A DNA stretch of 64,000 nt, taken from contig OX597834.1 in NCBI GenBank assembly GCA_951406725.2, positions 32,550,001 to 32,614,000 of the forward strand. Reading direction: 5' to 3'. The notes under the pieces were generated by a model, which searched no databases, was not told where the DNA came from, and worked only from the letters and a program-made list of their open reading frames with translations. The DNA is from Octopus vulgaris. Taxonomy: Eukaryota. How positions within the stretch are numbered: the first letter of the stretch is position 1; every line of letters starts with the position of its first letter. The translations under genes and the position numbers were made by a program. Positions 1 to 13,339 of this stretch are shown here, piece after piece.

Positions 1-149
1 TTCAGTTCTTTGTGTTGTATTTTTTTTCATCTTTTACCTGTTTCAGTTATTGGATTGTGCTCATGCTGGAGCATTACTTTGGAGGGTTTAGCTAAACAAA
101 TCAATCCTGGTACTTATTCTTTTCATTAAAAAAGAACAAGTTCTGGTAC

Positions 150-449
150 TTAAGTTAAGTTAAGTTAATTTTTTGGCTCAAAAAGCAAAAAGCAAGGCCA
201 TGTAGGGGGACATGGAGTTATGTACAGGGAGGGTGTTCGTGCAAAGAGTTCAGGCCATTTGTGGTCAAGAGAGACTTTGAACCGAGCGTTCGTCGGCATC
301 TTCACTATCTTGTCCGGCAGCTTATTCCATGGATCCGCAACCCGGACGGAGAAAGCCCCGCTCCTTCGATTGAGAAGAAATCGTCGCAGATAGAGCTTTT
401 CAGAGTGACCCCGCAGCTGACGCTCTGGAGCAGGAGTAAAGAACAGCTC
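150..449 (-). mobile_element. CR1-clade LINE, 5'-truncated 3' end, inserted in a SINE-B copy
   Basis: Translation LRGHSEKLYLRRFLLNRRSGAFSVRVADPWNKLPDKIVKMPTNARFKVSLD fits the CR1 ORF2 C-terminus (RGH..KL..F..RV...WN.LP....FK..LD). It has a short TAAC-type repeat tail. A second copy is at 41366. Confidence 0.85.
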
Positions 450-609
450 ATTCAAGACTTATTCTATCAGTCTTGTTCACCGAACTGCTAAGTTATAGGG
501 GCATAAACAACATGCTAACACTGGTAGTCAAATCATGGTAGGGGACAAACACTGATGTGTCTGTGTGTGTGTGTGTGTGTGTGTGTCTGTGTGTGTGCGT
601 GTATTTTCT

Positions 610-920
610 ATTGGTACTCCATCGCTTATGAGGACGAGGGTTCCAGTTGATCAGATCAACAGAACATCCTGCTCATGGAATTAACATGCAAGTGGCTGAG
701 CACTCCATGGACATGTAGGTCTCAGGGAGATTCAGCATGGCACAAAATGTGACATGGTTGGGCCCTTTGAAATACAGGTGCTACTCCTTTTTGCCAGCTG
801 AGTGGACTGGAGAAATGTGAAATCAAGTGTCTTGCTTAAGAACACAATGCACTGCCTTCTCCAAGAACTGAAACTACAATCTCATGGTCCTGAGTGCAAC
901 ACACTAACCACTGAGTCACA
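610..920 (-). mobile_element. tRNA-derived SINE family C (representative copy)
   Basis: The block gccagctgagtggactggagcaa-gtgaaat-aagtgtcttgctcaagaacacaa recurs at about 3730-3905, 21110-21345, 38560-38750, 46740-46850 and 59960-60215. The 3' part recurs at 63940-64000. Confidence 0.7.
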
Positions 921-1282
921 GTAGGACTGAATCTAGAACTGCATTGCAAGGAAGTGAACTTCTTAGCAGAGGGCAGGGCAACCTTTCAGGAGAAGTGAGT
1001 TGCGTGAGACATGGCTTGTCATAAGGTGGCCTGCATTTTGCACGTGACTCTCTCAGCATAAACACACATGTGTATGTGTGTGTGTGTGTGTGTGTAAACA
1101 CATGCACACGCTCACATATATACACATAGTGTGATATATATATATAAAAGTAAATAAATGGAGTTGAACGCAGGTGTTATTGAAATTCTTCTACTTTCGA
1201 CATATGTTTCGAAGACAACAAATTTTCCGTGTTAACTGTAAACAAAGGATAATTCATTCATCCATTTATATATATATATATA

Positions 1283-1490
1283 CTTTATTTAAAGCAGCAG
1301 AAAATTCAACAAAACCTGTTACTCTGAGTTTCCCATTGCCGTTCAAAAACTGTCCGATGAACGGCAACGGGAAACTCAGAGTAACAGGTTTTGTTGAATT
1401 TTCTGCTGCTTTAAATAAAGCATATTACTCTACCACTGGTATTTGAGTACTCTTTTTTCCACCTTCTTTCACATTTATGTGTTTACTCCG
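1283..1490 (+). mobile_element. Penelope-like element terminal fragment with an inverted copy (63-bp palindrome), set in (TA)n
   Basis: Arms 1283-1345 and 1358-1420 are reverse complements at 62/63 nt. A hammerhead-like motif lies inside. (TA)n flanks both sides. Confidence 0.65.
1350..1387 (+). ncRNA. Putative minimal type-I hammerhead ribozyme motif
   Basis: CTGT-CCGATGA-A-CG-GCAA-CG-G-GAA-ACTCAGAGT-A-ACAG. Stem I is CTGT/ACAG, the core is CCGAUGA (U4C variant of CUGANGA), stem II is short with a GNRA loop, then GAA, a near-palindromic stem III and a GUA triplet. Confidence 0.55.
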
Positions 1491-1744
1491 GTATATATAT
1501 ATATATATATATATAAAGGCTGCTCTCCTTTCTAAAAACACCAAGTGCTCTGCCTTGACCAATAGCATCCCCATTTTCCAGTCGCCATCTTGGATTTCCT
1601 GTACCCCTCTCGGCTGTAATCTGAGCCTGAATGAGGTGGGTTTCAGCAAGAAGTGTGTGAAACTCTAAGTGGTATGGAGCCAAATCAAACTAAGATAATA
1701 ATATTAATAATAATAATAGTAATAATAATAACATGTATTTATAT

Positions 1745-1817
<73 letters not shown>

Positions 1818-2656
1818 TGGGGGAGAGAAAGAGACTCAATTTATATCATCTTAATCCTTTCCAGCTGTTTAATCTGTTCCTATCAGCATAAATGTTAGGA
1901 TCTGATGGTGTTGGTGGTGGTGGTGTAGTATTGATAGTTGTTGGTGTGGTAGTAGTAGATTTGTACTGGTATGTAGTGCAGTAGGGGTGCTAGTAGTTTG
2001 GTGGTGGTAGTGTAGTGATGCTAATTACCAGTGTGTTGGTGGTGGAGGTGGTGGCATGCAAACCTTGTCTGTGGAGTGGTGGTGGCGCAAGAGTGGTGAT
2101 TTGGTGAGGGTTGTAGTCACAGCCTCATTGTTCTATGTGTGTGTGTGTGGGGGGGGGCAACAGAATAGCTGTGTTACTGTGGTGGTTGTGGTACTGTCGA
2201 GTGTGGTGGCGGCGGTGGTAGTGTGGTGTTGTTAAATGTCATGGTGATCTGAACCGGTGAAGTTGGTTGGAGTAGTGAAGGTCATGGACGGGTGTGGTGC
2301 TGATGTTCTTGACCTGTAAAGCAAGTTAGTGGTGATGGAGGCAGTAGTCAAGGATACAGCAGTGTGGTATGTAGTAGTAATATTAATAGTAGGGCTCCAG
2401 GTTAACCTAGATTAAAGGCATTCCAAATGTGATCACTCCATTTTTTCAGTAGTATCTAGAACTACATTTCTCAGTGTTCTGTCCTTATATAAGACAGTAA
2501 GCTGCGATTTGTGAAGGATTTGGTAGCTGTTTCTAGCAGACTGAACGACAAGGTCCAGGTTGACAAGTTGTCACAATGTTTTAATATGATTGCTGTATTG
2601 TTCTCCCGAGCAGAGCAACTGGTCTCACTGATCGCCAATGTGGCTATTCTGTTTAA

Positions 2657-3307
2657 CCCTTGACCGGTCTAAAATCAGTCTCAAATGTCTATGCTTGAAT
2701 TCAGATTTTTAATTGACCCTTGTTTCATACATTCTGAGTAATATAAGGGTTTCCTTTCATAAATCCAAAGTTAATCATGTGGTTGAAAGAAACCTGGAAC
2801 GTGTATCACATGTGATCAGGACCAGATTAAGACCCATCGTTGCCCTAAGCACTTAAAAGATTTTGGTGGCCCCATAAAAGATTATGTAATTCAAAATATA
2901 AACAATAACAAACCATAAAATAAATTTTCATTTTCCAAAACGAAACAAAACAGTAAAAGAGGGAAAATAATGTTTATTTTTGTCTACTTCCATTTTATTT
3001 ATATTTGAAAAGTTTCCTCCTACTTTTTTGAATTGCAAAGTTTTTGATCAGATCCTCAAAATTAATATTGGGTAACACATCTCTATTTGGTAGAGATAAA
3101 GGCATCCCGAATATTATTTCAGCAAGTTTAAAGTGATTTCTTTTGTACCGTCGACCATTTACCATTTCTGTGGTTTCCCCTCCTTCCCTTGATGCCCTAA
3201 GCATGAGCTTATTTTGCTTAATGGTTAATCCAGCACTTCATGTGATGCATAGATGCCAGTGAAATATGTCCTGGATATCACATGGGATGAACAGGACAGG
3301 CAAAGGG
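2657..3307. mobile_element. piggyBac-type MITE carrying a nested hAT element
   Basis: Termini are TTAA|CCCTT (TTAA 2653-2656) and AAGGG|TTAA (TTAA 3308-3311). Confidence 0.6.
2817..3238 (-). mobile_element. Non-autonomous hAT transposon retaining the transposase C-terminal tip
   Basis: Perfect 8-bp TSD CATGTGAT (2809-2816 and 3239-3246). Imperfect TIRs caggaccagattaa / ttaatccagcactt. The minus strand reads NINFEDLIKNFAIQKSRR, like the end of hAT transposases. Confidence 0.8.
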
Positions 3308-3324
3308 TTAAGATATAGAAAACC

Positions 3325-3640
3325 TGAGGATGACTGTTGAAGTAGGTATGACACATTTGAATGTGACAGCTGGAGTAGGGATGGTACGCTTGAGTGTAAC
3401 TCTTCTATTAGATATGGTACACTTGAGTGTAACTCTTCTATTAGATATGGTACACTTGAGTGTAACTCTTAAATTAGATATGATGTACTTGAGTATAATC
3501 GTTGTAGTAGGTATGGTGCACTTGAGTGCAACTGTTGCACAAGATAAGGTGTGACTGAGTGTGACAACTGTACTAAGTTGGTCTATTTGAATGCGACAGC
3601 TGAACTCGATGCCGAAAGTGACTGCTGGACTCAGTACATT
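3325..3640. repeat. 33-bp minisatellite, degenerate at the edges
   Basis: The unit gtacacttgagtgtaactcttctattagatatg is repeated and gives the MVHLSVTLLLD periodicity in the ORF track. Confidence 0.8.
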
Positions 3641-4343
3641 CGACTGCGACCATGCTGGAGCATTGCCTCAAGGGTTTAGTTGAATAAATCGCTCCCTAGT
3701 ACTTATTTTAAAATCTGGTACATATTCTACACAGGATGTGACAAGGCTGGCCCTTTGTATTACAGGTACAACTCATTTTTGCCAACTGACTGAACTGGAG
3801 CAATGTGAAATGAAGTGTCTTGCTCAAGAACACAACATGCCACTGTGAATTGAACTTACGGCCTTACAATCACGAGCCAAATACCCTAACCACTAAGTCA
3901 TGCACAGATACACACAGACACGCCAAACACACATTCAGTGTGGTCTTTATGTTTCTAAGACAGTAAAAAGGAACTTGAGAGTTTATTTGGTTGCTATTTC
4001 TAGCAAGCTGAGTGACCATGTTGGTGAATATGGGTGGTGGTAGTAAGGTGACAGGGTGGTAACAGTTACAGTGGAAGAGGAGGGGGTAGTAGAAAAGGCA
4101 GTGGTGAGATGGTGGGAGGTGGGGGATTATTTGAGTATGAGTGGAGTGGATTGGACGTTGGAGGTGGGGGTGGTTTAGAAGTAGTTGTGGTGGTTGTAAG
4201 TGGTGGTAATTGTATCCGGTACCTTCCCCCCACCCAGGAGCAGTATCAGATATGTTTGGATAAAGTACAGGGTGTGGTAGACAGGAGAAGGGAAAGAGAG
4301 TGGAGAAGGAGAGACTGAAAGAGAGATAGACATGGACATTTTA

Positions 4344-4380
<37 letters not shown>

Positions 4381-4790
4381 CATCATCATCATCATCATCA
4401 TCGTTTAGCGTCCGCTTTCCATGCTAGCATGGGTTGGACGGTTCAACTGGGGTCTGGGAAGCCAGAAGGCTGCACCAGGCCCAGGCTGATCTGGCAATGT
4501 TTCTACGGCTGGATGCCCTTCTTAACGCCAACCACTCCGTGAGTGTAATGGGTGCTTTTTACGTGCCAGACGAGGCTGGTAAACGGCCACGATCGGATGG
4601 TGCTTTTTATGTGCCACCAGCACAGGGCCAGGTGAGGCTGGCAACGGCCACAAACGGATGGTGCTTTTTACGTGCCACCGGCACGGAGGCCAGTTGGGGC
4701 TGCGCTGGCAACGGCCATGTTCAGATGGTTCTCTTACGTGCCACCGGCACTGGTATCACAGCTGCAATTTCCATTGATGTTGATCAATTT
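4381..4790 (-). mobile_element. RTE LINE 3'-UTR fragment with (GAT)n tail (representative copy)
   Basis: The same sequence follows the RTE ORF end at 50350-51017. Other copies are near 7502-8290, 8775-9112, 16415-16890, 23080-23240, 25800-25930, 31960-32277, 43160-43520 and 53451-54009. Confidence 0.75.
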
Positions 4791-4802
4791 CGATATATAT
4801 AT

Positions 4803-5172
4803 TCTTTTACTTGTTTCAGTTCTGCAGCCATGCTGGAGCACCCCATTTCGTCAAACAAATCAACCAGAGAACTTTATTCTTTGTAAGCTTAGTATTTATT
4901 CTATCGGGCTCTTTTGCCGAACCACGAAGTTACAGGAATGCAAACACACCAGCATCGGTTGTCAAGCAATAGTGGGGAGGACAAACACAGACACACAAAC
5001 ACACACACACATATATATATATAAGGGCTTCTTTCAGTTTCTGTCAAACAAATCCACTCACAAGGCTTTGGTCAGCCTGAGGCTATAGTAGAATACAAGG
5101 TGCCACGCAGTGGTACTGAACCTGGAACCATGTGGTTGGAAGCAAGCCTCTTACCACACAGCCACTCCTGTG
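4803..5172 (-). mobile_element. SINE family B copy
   Basis: Reverse complement of the family B sequence at 44391-44797. Confidence 0.8.
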
Positions 5173-5178
5173 TCTAAT

Positions 5179-5261
5179 ATATATATATATATATATGGAT
5201 GTATGTATGTTAAAGCATCAAGCTGCAAAGCGGAAAGAGAGATTGAGAGAGAGTGTATGTG

Positions 5262-5319
<58 letters not shown>

Positions 5320-5335
5320 AAGATATGTATGTATG

Positions 5336-5379
<44 letters not shown>

Positions 5380-5408
5380 TAGACAGACAGATAGATAGAT
5401 AGATATAC

Positions 5409-5484
<76 letters not shown>

Positions 5485-5485
5485 G
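5179..5485. repeat. Compound microsatellite (TA)n/(GA)n/(GATA)n
   Basis: Directly visible, including a long GATA run at about 5390-5484. Confidence 0.95.
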
Positions 5486-6466
5486 TATAGGACATACATA
5501 TTTACATACACACACATGATAAAACAGCAAATTGAAGCAACAGAAAGATAAAGGCACAGAGTGGAGGACATAAAGTGCTGGAGAAAACCAGAGGAAGATA
5601 AAAATCTGTGGTTATATACATAACACACACACACACAGAGGCACACACAGAGGCAAACAGAGGCACATACACACACAGGCACACATGGGCACATACACAT
5701 ATACACAGACACAAGCACAGAGATAATGTTGGAGAGAGAAAAAAAAAGAGAAAAAAAAAACATACGCAAAAGGACAAATAAGAAAAAAAAGAGCACATAA
5801 GTTAGGATGAGAGAGAGGGGGGTAGTATAGTGGGAGGGGGTGGGTCACTAAGTACACAGACGTAGTAGTGGCGGTGGTGGTGGTGGTGGGAGGGGGCGGG
5901 AAACGAGGTGGGTCAAGAGAACCTTACCTCCTCCCACAACTGTAACTATCTCTCCTCCTCCTCTCACCCCCCCGTCTCTCTCTCTTTCTCTCCACTGTCC
6001 CACTGGCCTAGATTTGCATAGATTGGCCTTGTAGTTGTGTGTGTGTGGTTAGTGTGCGTGTATGTGGGGGTTAGCACTGTAGCCATATCATGTGTAGGTA
6101 CACGCATGTGTGTGTGTGTGTGTGTGTATGTGTGTGTGGTGTGTGTGGGGGTGTGTATTGTCACATCATGCATATGAATATATGTGTGTGTGTGTGTGTG
6201 TGTATGTGAGATAGTGACCACATAGTATAAGTGTGTGTGTGTGTGACTATGTAGCATAACTGCGTGTGTGTGTGTGTGTGTGTGTGTGTAGTGTTACAGT
6301 CATATCATGTATGTATGTACGTGTGTGTATGTGTGTGAGTGTATGTATATAGATTGGTAGTGTGTGTGTGTCTTTGTGTGTGTGTGTGTGTGTAGTGTTA
6401 CAGTCAAATCATGTATGTATGTGTGTGTGTGAGTGTATGTATGTAAATTGGTAGTGTTTCTGAGTG

Positions 6467-6498
<32 letters not shown>

Positions 6499-7501
6499 CA
6501 ATTTTGTAGTCATATCTGTGTACGTGCTGTGGGTAATGGTTAGGATTATGTGTATGTGTATGATCAGGGAATGTAAATGTGTGAGTGTGTGTGTGTATGT
6601 GGGGTGTGTGTGTATGTATATAGATTGGTAGTGTTTTCATAATTTTATGTATATGTACACATGTATGTGTATATGTGAGTGTGTGTGTGGGTATATTTGA
6701 ATTTATGTGTAGTGTCTATGCAACTGTAGGAAGTGTGTATGAAGTGTGTGTGTATGTATGCAAGTGTGTGTATGCATGTGTTGTATATATATATGTATGT
6801 GTGTGTGTGTGTGTGTGTAATAAGGTGGTGTTGAGTTAGAAAGGGAGAGTGTTGTACTGAGAGAGAGAGAGAGGGGGGGACAGAGAATAGAGATAGGACT
6901 GGGAGAAAGAGAGGAAGAGATAGAATGTATGTTTGCATATGAGATATATTGAGAGAAGGGGGAGAGAGAGAGAGAGGGAGGGAGGGAGAAAGGAATAATA
7001 GGGAGATGAAGCAAGGGGAGAGAGGGAGAGAGAGAAAGAGAGGAGGGATGAGAAGAAAAGAAGGGATAATGCATGGAAGAAAAAGAAAACAAGAACTTGG
7101 AGTGGAGATTGACGGGGGGGGGGGGGAGAATCAATAAAAAAGAGGAAGACAAAGCAAAAGAAAGGAGTTGCAAGGAAGACATGAGTGGGGAGCAGTGAGA
7201 GGAGGGAAAAAAAAAAAGGATAAGGACAAAATGAAAGAGAGAGAGAGGGGGAGGGAGGAAGAATTCAGATATTGTGGTATGTTTCTTTTGGTTGGTAGAA
7301 GAGTGCCAGACGTGGGGTGGGGGGTGGGGAAAGACACAAGGCATGTTGAGTATTTAGTTACGTCCCTGTACACCAGGAGTCCAAAATAGTGTTGATGGCA
7401 GGAGTTGATAAGTAAGCACCCATAATATATGCGTGTGTGTGCGCATGCGTGTGAGTATGTGTGTGTGTGTGTGTGTATAAAGATGATAATAAAAAACATA
7501 T

Positions 7502-7533
<32 letters not shown>

Positions 7534-7612
7534 TGTCCTCGTCAATGACATCAATTAATGTCCATTTACCATGCTGGCATGAGCTGGACAGTGTGACAGG
7601 AGGTGGTCAGCT

Positions 7613-8153
7613 GGCGGCGAGCTGGCAGAATAGTTAGCATGTCCAGCGAAAATCTTGGCAGTGTTTCGTCTGCTGCTCCGTTCTGAGTTCAAATTCCGCC
7701 GAGGTTGACAATGCCTTTCATCCTTTCTGGGTCGATAAATTAAGTACCAGTTGCGCACTGGGGTCGATATAATCGACTTAATCCCTTTGTCTGTCCTTGT
7801 TTGAAATGCTTAGCGGTATTTCGTCTGCCGCTACGTTCTGAGTTCAAATTCCGCCGAGGTCGACTTTGTCTTTCATCCTTTTGGGGTCGATAAATTAAGT
7901 ACCAGTTGCGCACTGGGGTCGATATAATCGACTTAATCCCTTTGTCTGTCCTTGTTTGAAATGCTTAGCGGTATTTCGTCTGCCGCTACGTTCTGAGTTC
8001 AAATTCCGCTGAGGTCGACTTTGTCTTTCATCCTTTTGGGGTCGATAAATTAAGTACCTGTTACGCACTGGGGTCGATATAATCGACTTAATCCCTTTGT
8101 CTGTCCTTGTTTGTTCCCTCTGTGTTTAGCCCCTTGTGGGTAGTAAAGAAATA
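7613..8153 (+). mobile_element. tRNA-derived SINE family A with a triplicated 155-bp body, inserted into an RTE 3' fragment
   Basis: The head has A-box-like tggcagaa and B-box-like gagttcaaattcc. The body restarts at 7803 and 7958. A flanking direct repeat GGTGGTCAGCT lies at 7602 and 8157. Confidence 0.85.
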
Positions 8154-9218
8154 GGTGGTGGTCAGCTGGAGGGCTGCACAAGACTCCATTGTCTCTTTTG
8201 GCATGGTTTTCTACAGCTGGGTGCCCTTCCTAACACCAGCCACTCTACAGAGTGTACTGGGTGCTTTTTATGTGACACCAGCAAGTGTGTGTATGTGTGT
8301 GTGTGAGATCTTTTATTTGTTTCAGTCATTTGGCAACAGGTATGTTGAGACACCACCTAGAATGAATTGACCCCAGTACATAATTTTTCTTTTTTTAAAA
8401 CCTGGTACTTACTCTATCAGTCTCTTTTGACAAACCACTAAGTTATAGTAACATAAACACACCAACACCAGTTGTTAAGTGGTGATGATGGTGGGACAAA
8501 CACAGACACACGCATATATGACGGGCTTCTTTCAGTTTCCGTCTACCAAATCCATTCACAAGGCTTTGGTTGGCCCTAGGCTATAGTAGAAGACACTTGC
8601 CCAAGGTACCATGCAGTGGGACTGAACCTGGAACTGTGTGGTTGGCAAGCAAGCTTCTTAGATATATATGTCCTTTTTCTCGTTTTTACTATCTCTCTAG
8701 TTTCAGTCGTTGGACTGCGGCCAGGCTGGGGCATCATCTTGAAGGATTTAGTCGAGTAAATTGACCCAAGGACTTCATCATCGTTTAGCATCCGTTTTCC
8801 ATGCTGGCATGGGTTGGATGGTTCAACTGGGGTCTGGGAAGCCAGAAGGCTGCACCAGGCTCAGTCTGATCTGGCAATGTTTCTACGGCTGGATGCTCTT
8901 CCTAACGCCAACCACTCCGTGAGTGTAGTGAGTGTTTTTTGTGTGGCACTGGCACAGGTGCCAGATGGGGCTGGCAAACGGCCACGATCGGATGGTGCTT
9001 TTTAAGTGTCACCAGCACGGAAGCCAGTCGGGGCGGTGCTGGCAACAGCCACGTTCGGATGGTTCTCTTATGTGCCACCGGCACTGGTATCACAGCTACA
9101 ATTTCCATTGATTCATTTATGTTTGGTACTTCTATTGGTCTATTCTGCCAAACCACTCTGTTGCAAAGATATAAACAAACCAACACTGGTTGTCAAGTGT
9201 AGGGGAAGACAAACACAG

Positions 9219-9249
<31 letters not shown>

Positions 9250-9769
9250 CATATGCACACACACACACACAAACAGCCTTCCCACACAGTTCTACCAAAT
9301 ACATTTCCAAAACGACGATCAGTCTTGGTGCCAGAGAAGAAGATACTTGCCCAAGGATTGAACCTAAAACCACATGGTGACAAAACAAGCTTCTTAACCA
9401 CAACCACATACATCATCTACACTCAGACAACATATAGACACATACAAATAAAAGGTGGCGAGCTGGCAGAATCGTTAGCACGCCGGGCGAAATGCGTAGC
9501 CGTATTTCATCTGCCGTTACATTCTGAGTTCAAATTCCACCGATGTTGATTTGGTTACGCTATGTATCTGTTATTGGAAACCAATTCGAGGGCAGTGGGA
9601 GGGGGGGGAGAATGGGTGATTTGAGGGAGATTTGGCTGTTGTTTCAAGGAAGTTGAGTGACCACATACAGGTTTTCTCTTTGCTTGTTGTTGTTGTTGTT
9701 GTAGTTATTGTAATAGTTGTGAAATTGCAGTTGTTTTTGTTGCTGCTGCTGGAACGGTTATGAAAGTCT

Positions 9770-9884
9770 TCAGCACCAGCACAACTACTACCACTACTGC
9801 TACAACTACTACTACTACTACCACTGCTGCTGTTGTTACTACTACTACTATTACTACTACTACCACCACCACCACTGCTGCTGT

Positions 9885-9916
<32 letters not shown>

Positions 9917-9935
9917 ACACCACTGCTGCTGTTGT

Positions 9936-9968
<33 letters not shown>

Positions 9969-10310
9969 CACCACCACCACTGCTGCTGTTACTACTACTA
10001 CTACTACCACCACCACCACCACCACTGTTGCTGCTACTACTACTACGACGACTACAAATACTGCTGCTACTACTACAACTGCTACTACTGCTACAACCAC
10101 CACTCCCATCACAACCATGGCCACTACCACAACTATTACTACTACTACTACCACCATCACCACTGCTGCTGTTACTACAACAACAACCACCATACCACCA
10201 CTACCATCAGAACTACTGTTGTGGCTACGACTACTATTACTACTCCTACAACTATTGCATCCACCAAGACAACCACGACCACCACCACTGCAGCAGCAGC
10301 TAGCACTACT
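9770..10310. repeat. Compound trinucleotide repeat (ACT/ACC/GCT) with a higher-order unit
   Basis: A recurring accactgctgctgttact block is separated by (ACT)n(ACC)n. Confidence 0.9.
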
Positions 10311-10825
10311 ACTAGCTATCAGTCTGCCTACCACCCATGACCTCTCCATCCATCCATACACCCACCCACTATTCTTCTCTTCTCTTGCCCCCCCCCCCCC
10401 CGCCATATTTCAGTTGTTTAATGGGTCATGTCATGCCACCCCACCTCCTCCCTCTTCTGCATCCTAACCCTACCCCTCACGTCACAAACATCCACATCAA
10501 TAGCATAACCATCAGCATCATCATCAGAACAAGGCAACCAGCTACCACCAACACTGTCACCCCCCATCCCCCTCTCTGCCATCTCTACCCACTAAACATA
10601 TCAGGATTCACATCCTTCCTGCCAGTAGAGAAAAATATCAGCTAACCAGCCATCTGATCAGACAGTCACCCAGACCACCACCCCACCAGCCACCCCACCA
10701 ACCAGCCAACCAACCAACCAGCCAACCAGCCAGCCAGCCAGCCAGCCAGCCTGCAAACCAACCTCCCAAAGACAACCACCCATCAGACCAGCAAGCCAAC
10801 CAACTAGACTAACAGCCCTTTAACT

Positions 10826-11107
10826 CAGTGGTTCGAAACTGGGGTCCATATAAGATTGTTTGGGGGTCTACGCAACAAAATAGTAAATTGGGGACCCACT
10901 ATAGTATTTTTAAGGGCCCCCCGAAAAACAGCTGGGTTTCTTTCATCGTTCAACCTACACAAACGAATATGTGAAAAGCAAAATAGAAATTTTGAAAGAA
11001 ACTGCTAAAAAACCAGTTTTTAAACACTGAATGGCTATAGGGGTCCACCCAGAATAAAATAGTAATCACAGGGGTTCTATAGATTTAAAAATGGTTGAAA
11101 ACCCCTG
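10826..11107. mobile_element. hAT (Charlie-like) MITE
   Basis: TIRs cagtggttcgaaac / ggttgaaaacccctg. The 8-bp flanks ctttaact / ctttagat match at 6/8. A related partial copy is at about 11330-11490. Confidence 0.7.
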
Positions 11108-11703
11108 CTTTAGATGTATATATTGGTATTTGTTGCAAGAAACAGCTCAGTTAAGGCAGCGAGCTGGCAGAAATGTTTAGCAGTATTTCGTCTGTGTTTA
11201 CATTCTGAGATCAAATTCCGCCGAGGTTGACTTTGCCTTTCATCCTTTTGGGGTCGAACTGACCTCCTCCCCCAAAATTTCCGGCCTTGTGCCTAGAGTA
11301 GAAAAGAAACAGCTGAGTTTTTTCTCCAACATTTTACAGGGTTCGGCCTTCACAAGTTTAAGGGTGAAAATCAAAATAGGAATTTTGAAAGAAGGATCTT
11401 TAAAATTAGTTTTTAAACATTAAAGGGCTAAGGGGTAGGGCATGAGAATATAAAGGGGTCCATAGATAAAAAATGGTTGAGAAGTCCTGCTTGAATCCTT
11501 TTGTTTCATTTATGTTCTGAGTTCAAATTAAGTACCAGTTGTGTACTGGGTTGATCTAATTAACTGACCTCTAACCCCAAAATTTTGGGCCTTGTGCCTA
11601 GAGTAGAAAAGACCTTGGGCAAGTGTCTTCTACTATAAGCCTTGGGCTGACCAAAGCCTTGTGAGTGGATTTGGTAGACGGAAACTGAAAGAAGCCCATC
11701 ATG

Positions 11704-11736
<33 letters not shown>

Positions 11737-13032
11737 CAAAAACTGCTGTTCTCTGGAACCCACTACCATCATCATGTTTTCCTCTGGTCTATGATATTTG
11801 ATCCTTAAGCTTTCTGTCAATATCTTCTGAATTTGTAGCTCTTTTTTTTTTCCTTATGTCATAAGTGGCCTCAAACCTTATTTGGGACAAAATTGTTAAA
11901 AAAAAAATTATGATGATGGCAGTTTTTCCATGTCTGGAGATGATGAAGAAGAACAGAATGACCTCAAATGGCTATGGAAACTGAGCCTTGACACTGCATG
12001 GCCTTTCTTTCTGCCACCACTTAGTAGTTTTAAAGTGAGAGGCAGTCCACACAATCCAATCTCACTCTTGGAGGTCTGACCACAAAGGCTCAGCATGCCA
12101 AGATGGTTGTGGTGATTAGCAAGCCGCAAGTTTCACATTGCTAGATTCCCCCATAACTGAATTACTTTACAGAACCGGAGAGCTTCACCTACTGTAGAAT
12201 TGCCAGAAGGGCACCAAAAGAGGGCACTGAACCTCCTGAATGAACATCACTCCTTGATTTGATGTCAAGGTTGAGTCCCCTGGCACTCAACAAGGCAGTG
12301 CAGGTTTGTACTCAGAGTTTCTTCATAACATGCTTATGAAGCCATAACTGAGACCCTGCAGAAGTCAGATACACCAGGGATTAACAGGTGGTTCCACATT
12401 CCTCAAAAATCCTGAAAGTTCTGAATTAGGGCCCCACTACTGAATGCAGTTTGAAGCCATACCCATGACAAAATCCCACACATACATATAAATAAATGAT
12501 AAGGTCACAGCTGGAGTGTCTTTGATGGCTAGACTGCCCTAAAAGGGTGGAGTTAGGGTGCCAGCCCATGGGAGACTTTAGCAGGATAATTCGATTCAGT
12601 TCTTTGGACTAATAATCCTGACTACCCACCACTTGTCTCAAAGACACTACAAAGTGCCAACCCTAAAAGGGTTCAACTCTAAAAAAAGGGTTGGTCTTTA
12701 AGGGGATCAATGGGCAGAGCCTTATTTCTGCTGACTAAACTATAAAACAAGCAACAACAATTACAACAACAACAACAACAACGTGGAGACTGGTAATAAC
12801 TGGTATAGACTAAACCTAAACCTGATCCTGTTTGTTTTAATAATTCAACCAATCCCCTTTCCCGCCCCCTACCTCTTCCCTTTCCACAATCCACCTAGCC
12901 CTCCTCCACCCCCACCCACCCCGCCACCCCCATCTCAGCCATAACCAACTTTCTCAAATTGCCAAATTCTGATCCAGATCTAGACTGTTGTCATCTTGAT
13001 TAGGAGAATGTCTGTTATTATTCCGAGAGAGA

Positions 13033-13087
<55 letters not shown>

Positions 13088-13339
13088 CACCCTACATATT
13101 TAATGTCGGACATCAAAGAGGACATGTGTACTTGGGTTTCTCTTTTTAAGACAGACACACACAGAAATGGGTGTGGGGGAGGAGGGGGAGGAAGGGGGCG
13201 GGGAGACCGGTTGGGGGCGGAGGGTGAACGACGACGATACAGAGCCTTCTTCTACTTCTTGTAGATATGTCATCACTGGTTGTCTTGTACATAACAACAA
13301 CAACACCAGCAACAACACTGACAACTAAATGCAGCCCAG

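Noticed and set aside
9760-10467. 235-aa Thr-rich mucin-like ORF
   Set aside because: It is a compound ACT/ACC/GCT microsatellite that is open in several frames and on both strands. No signal peptide, domain or splice support.
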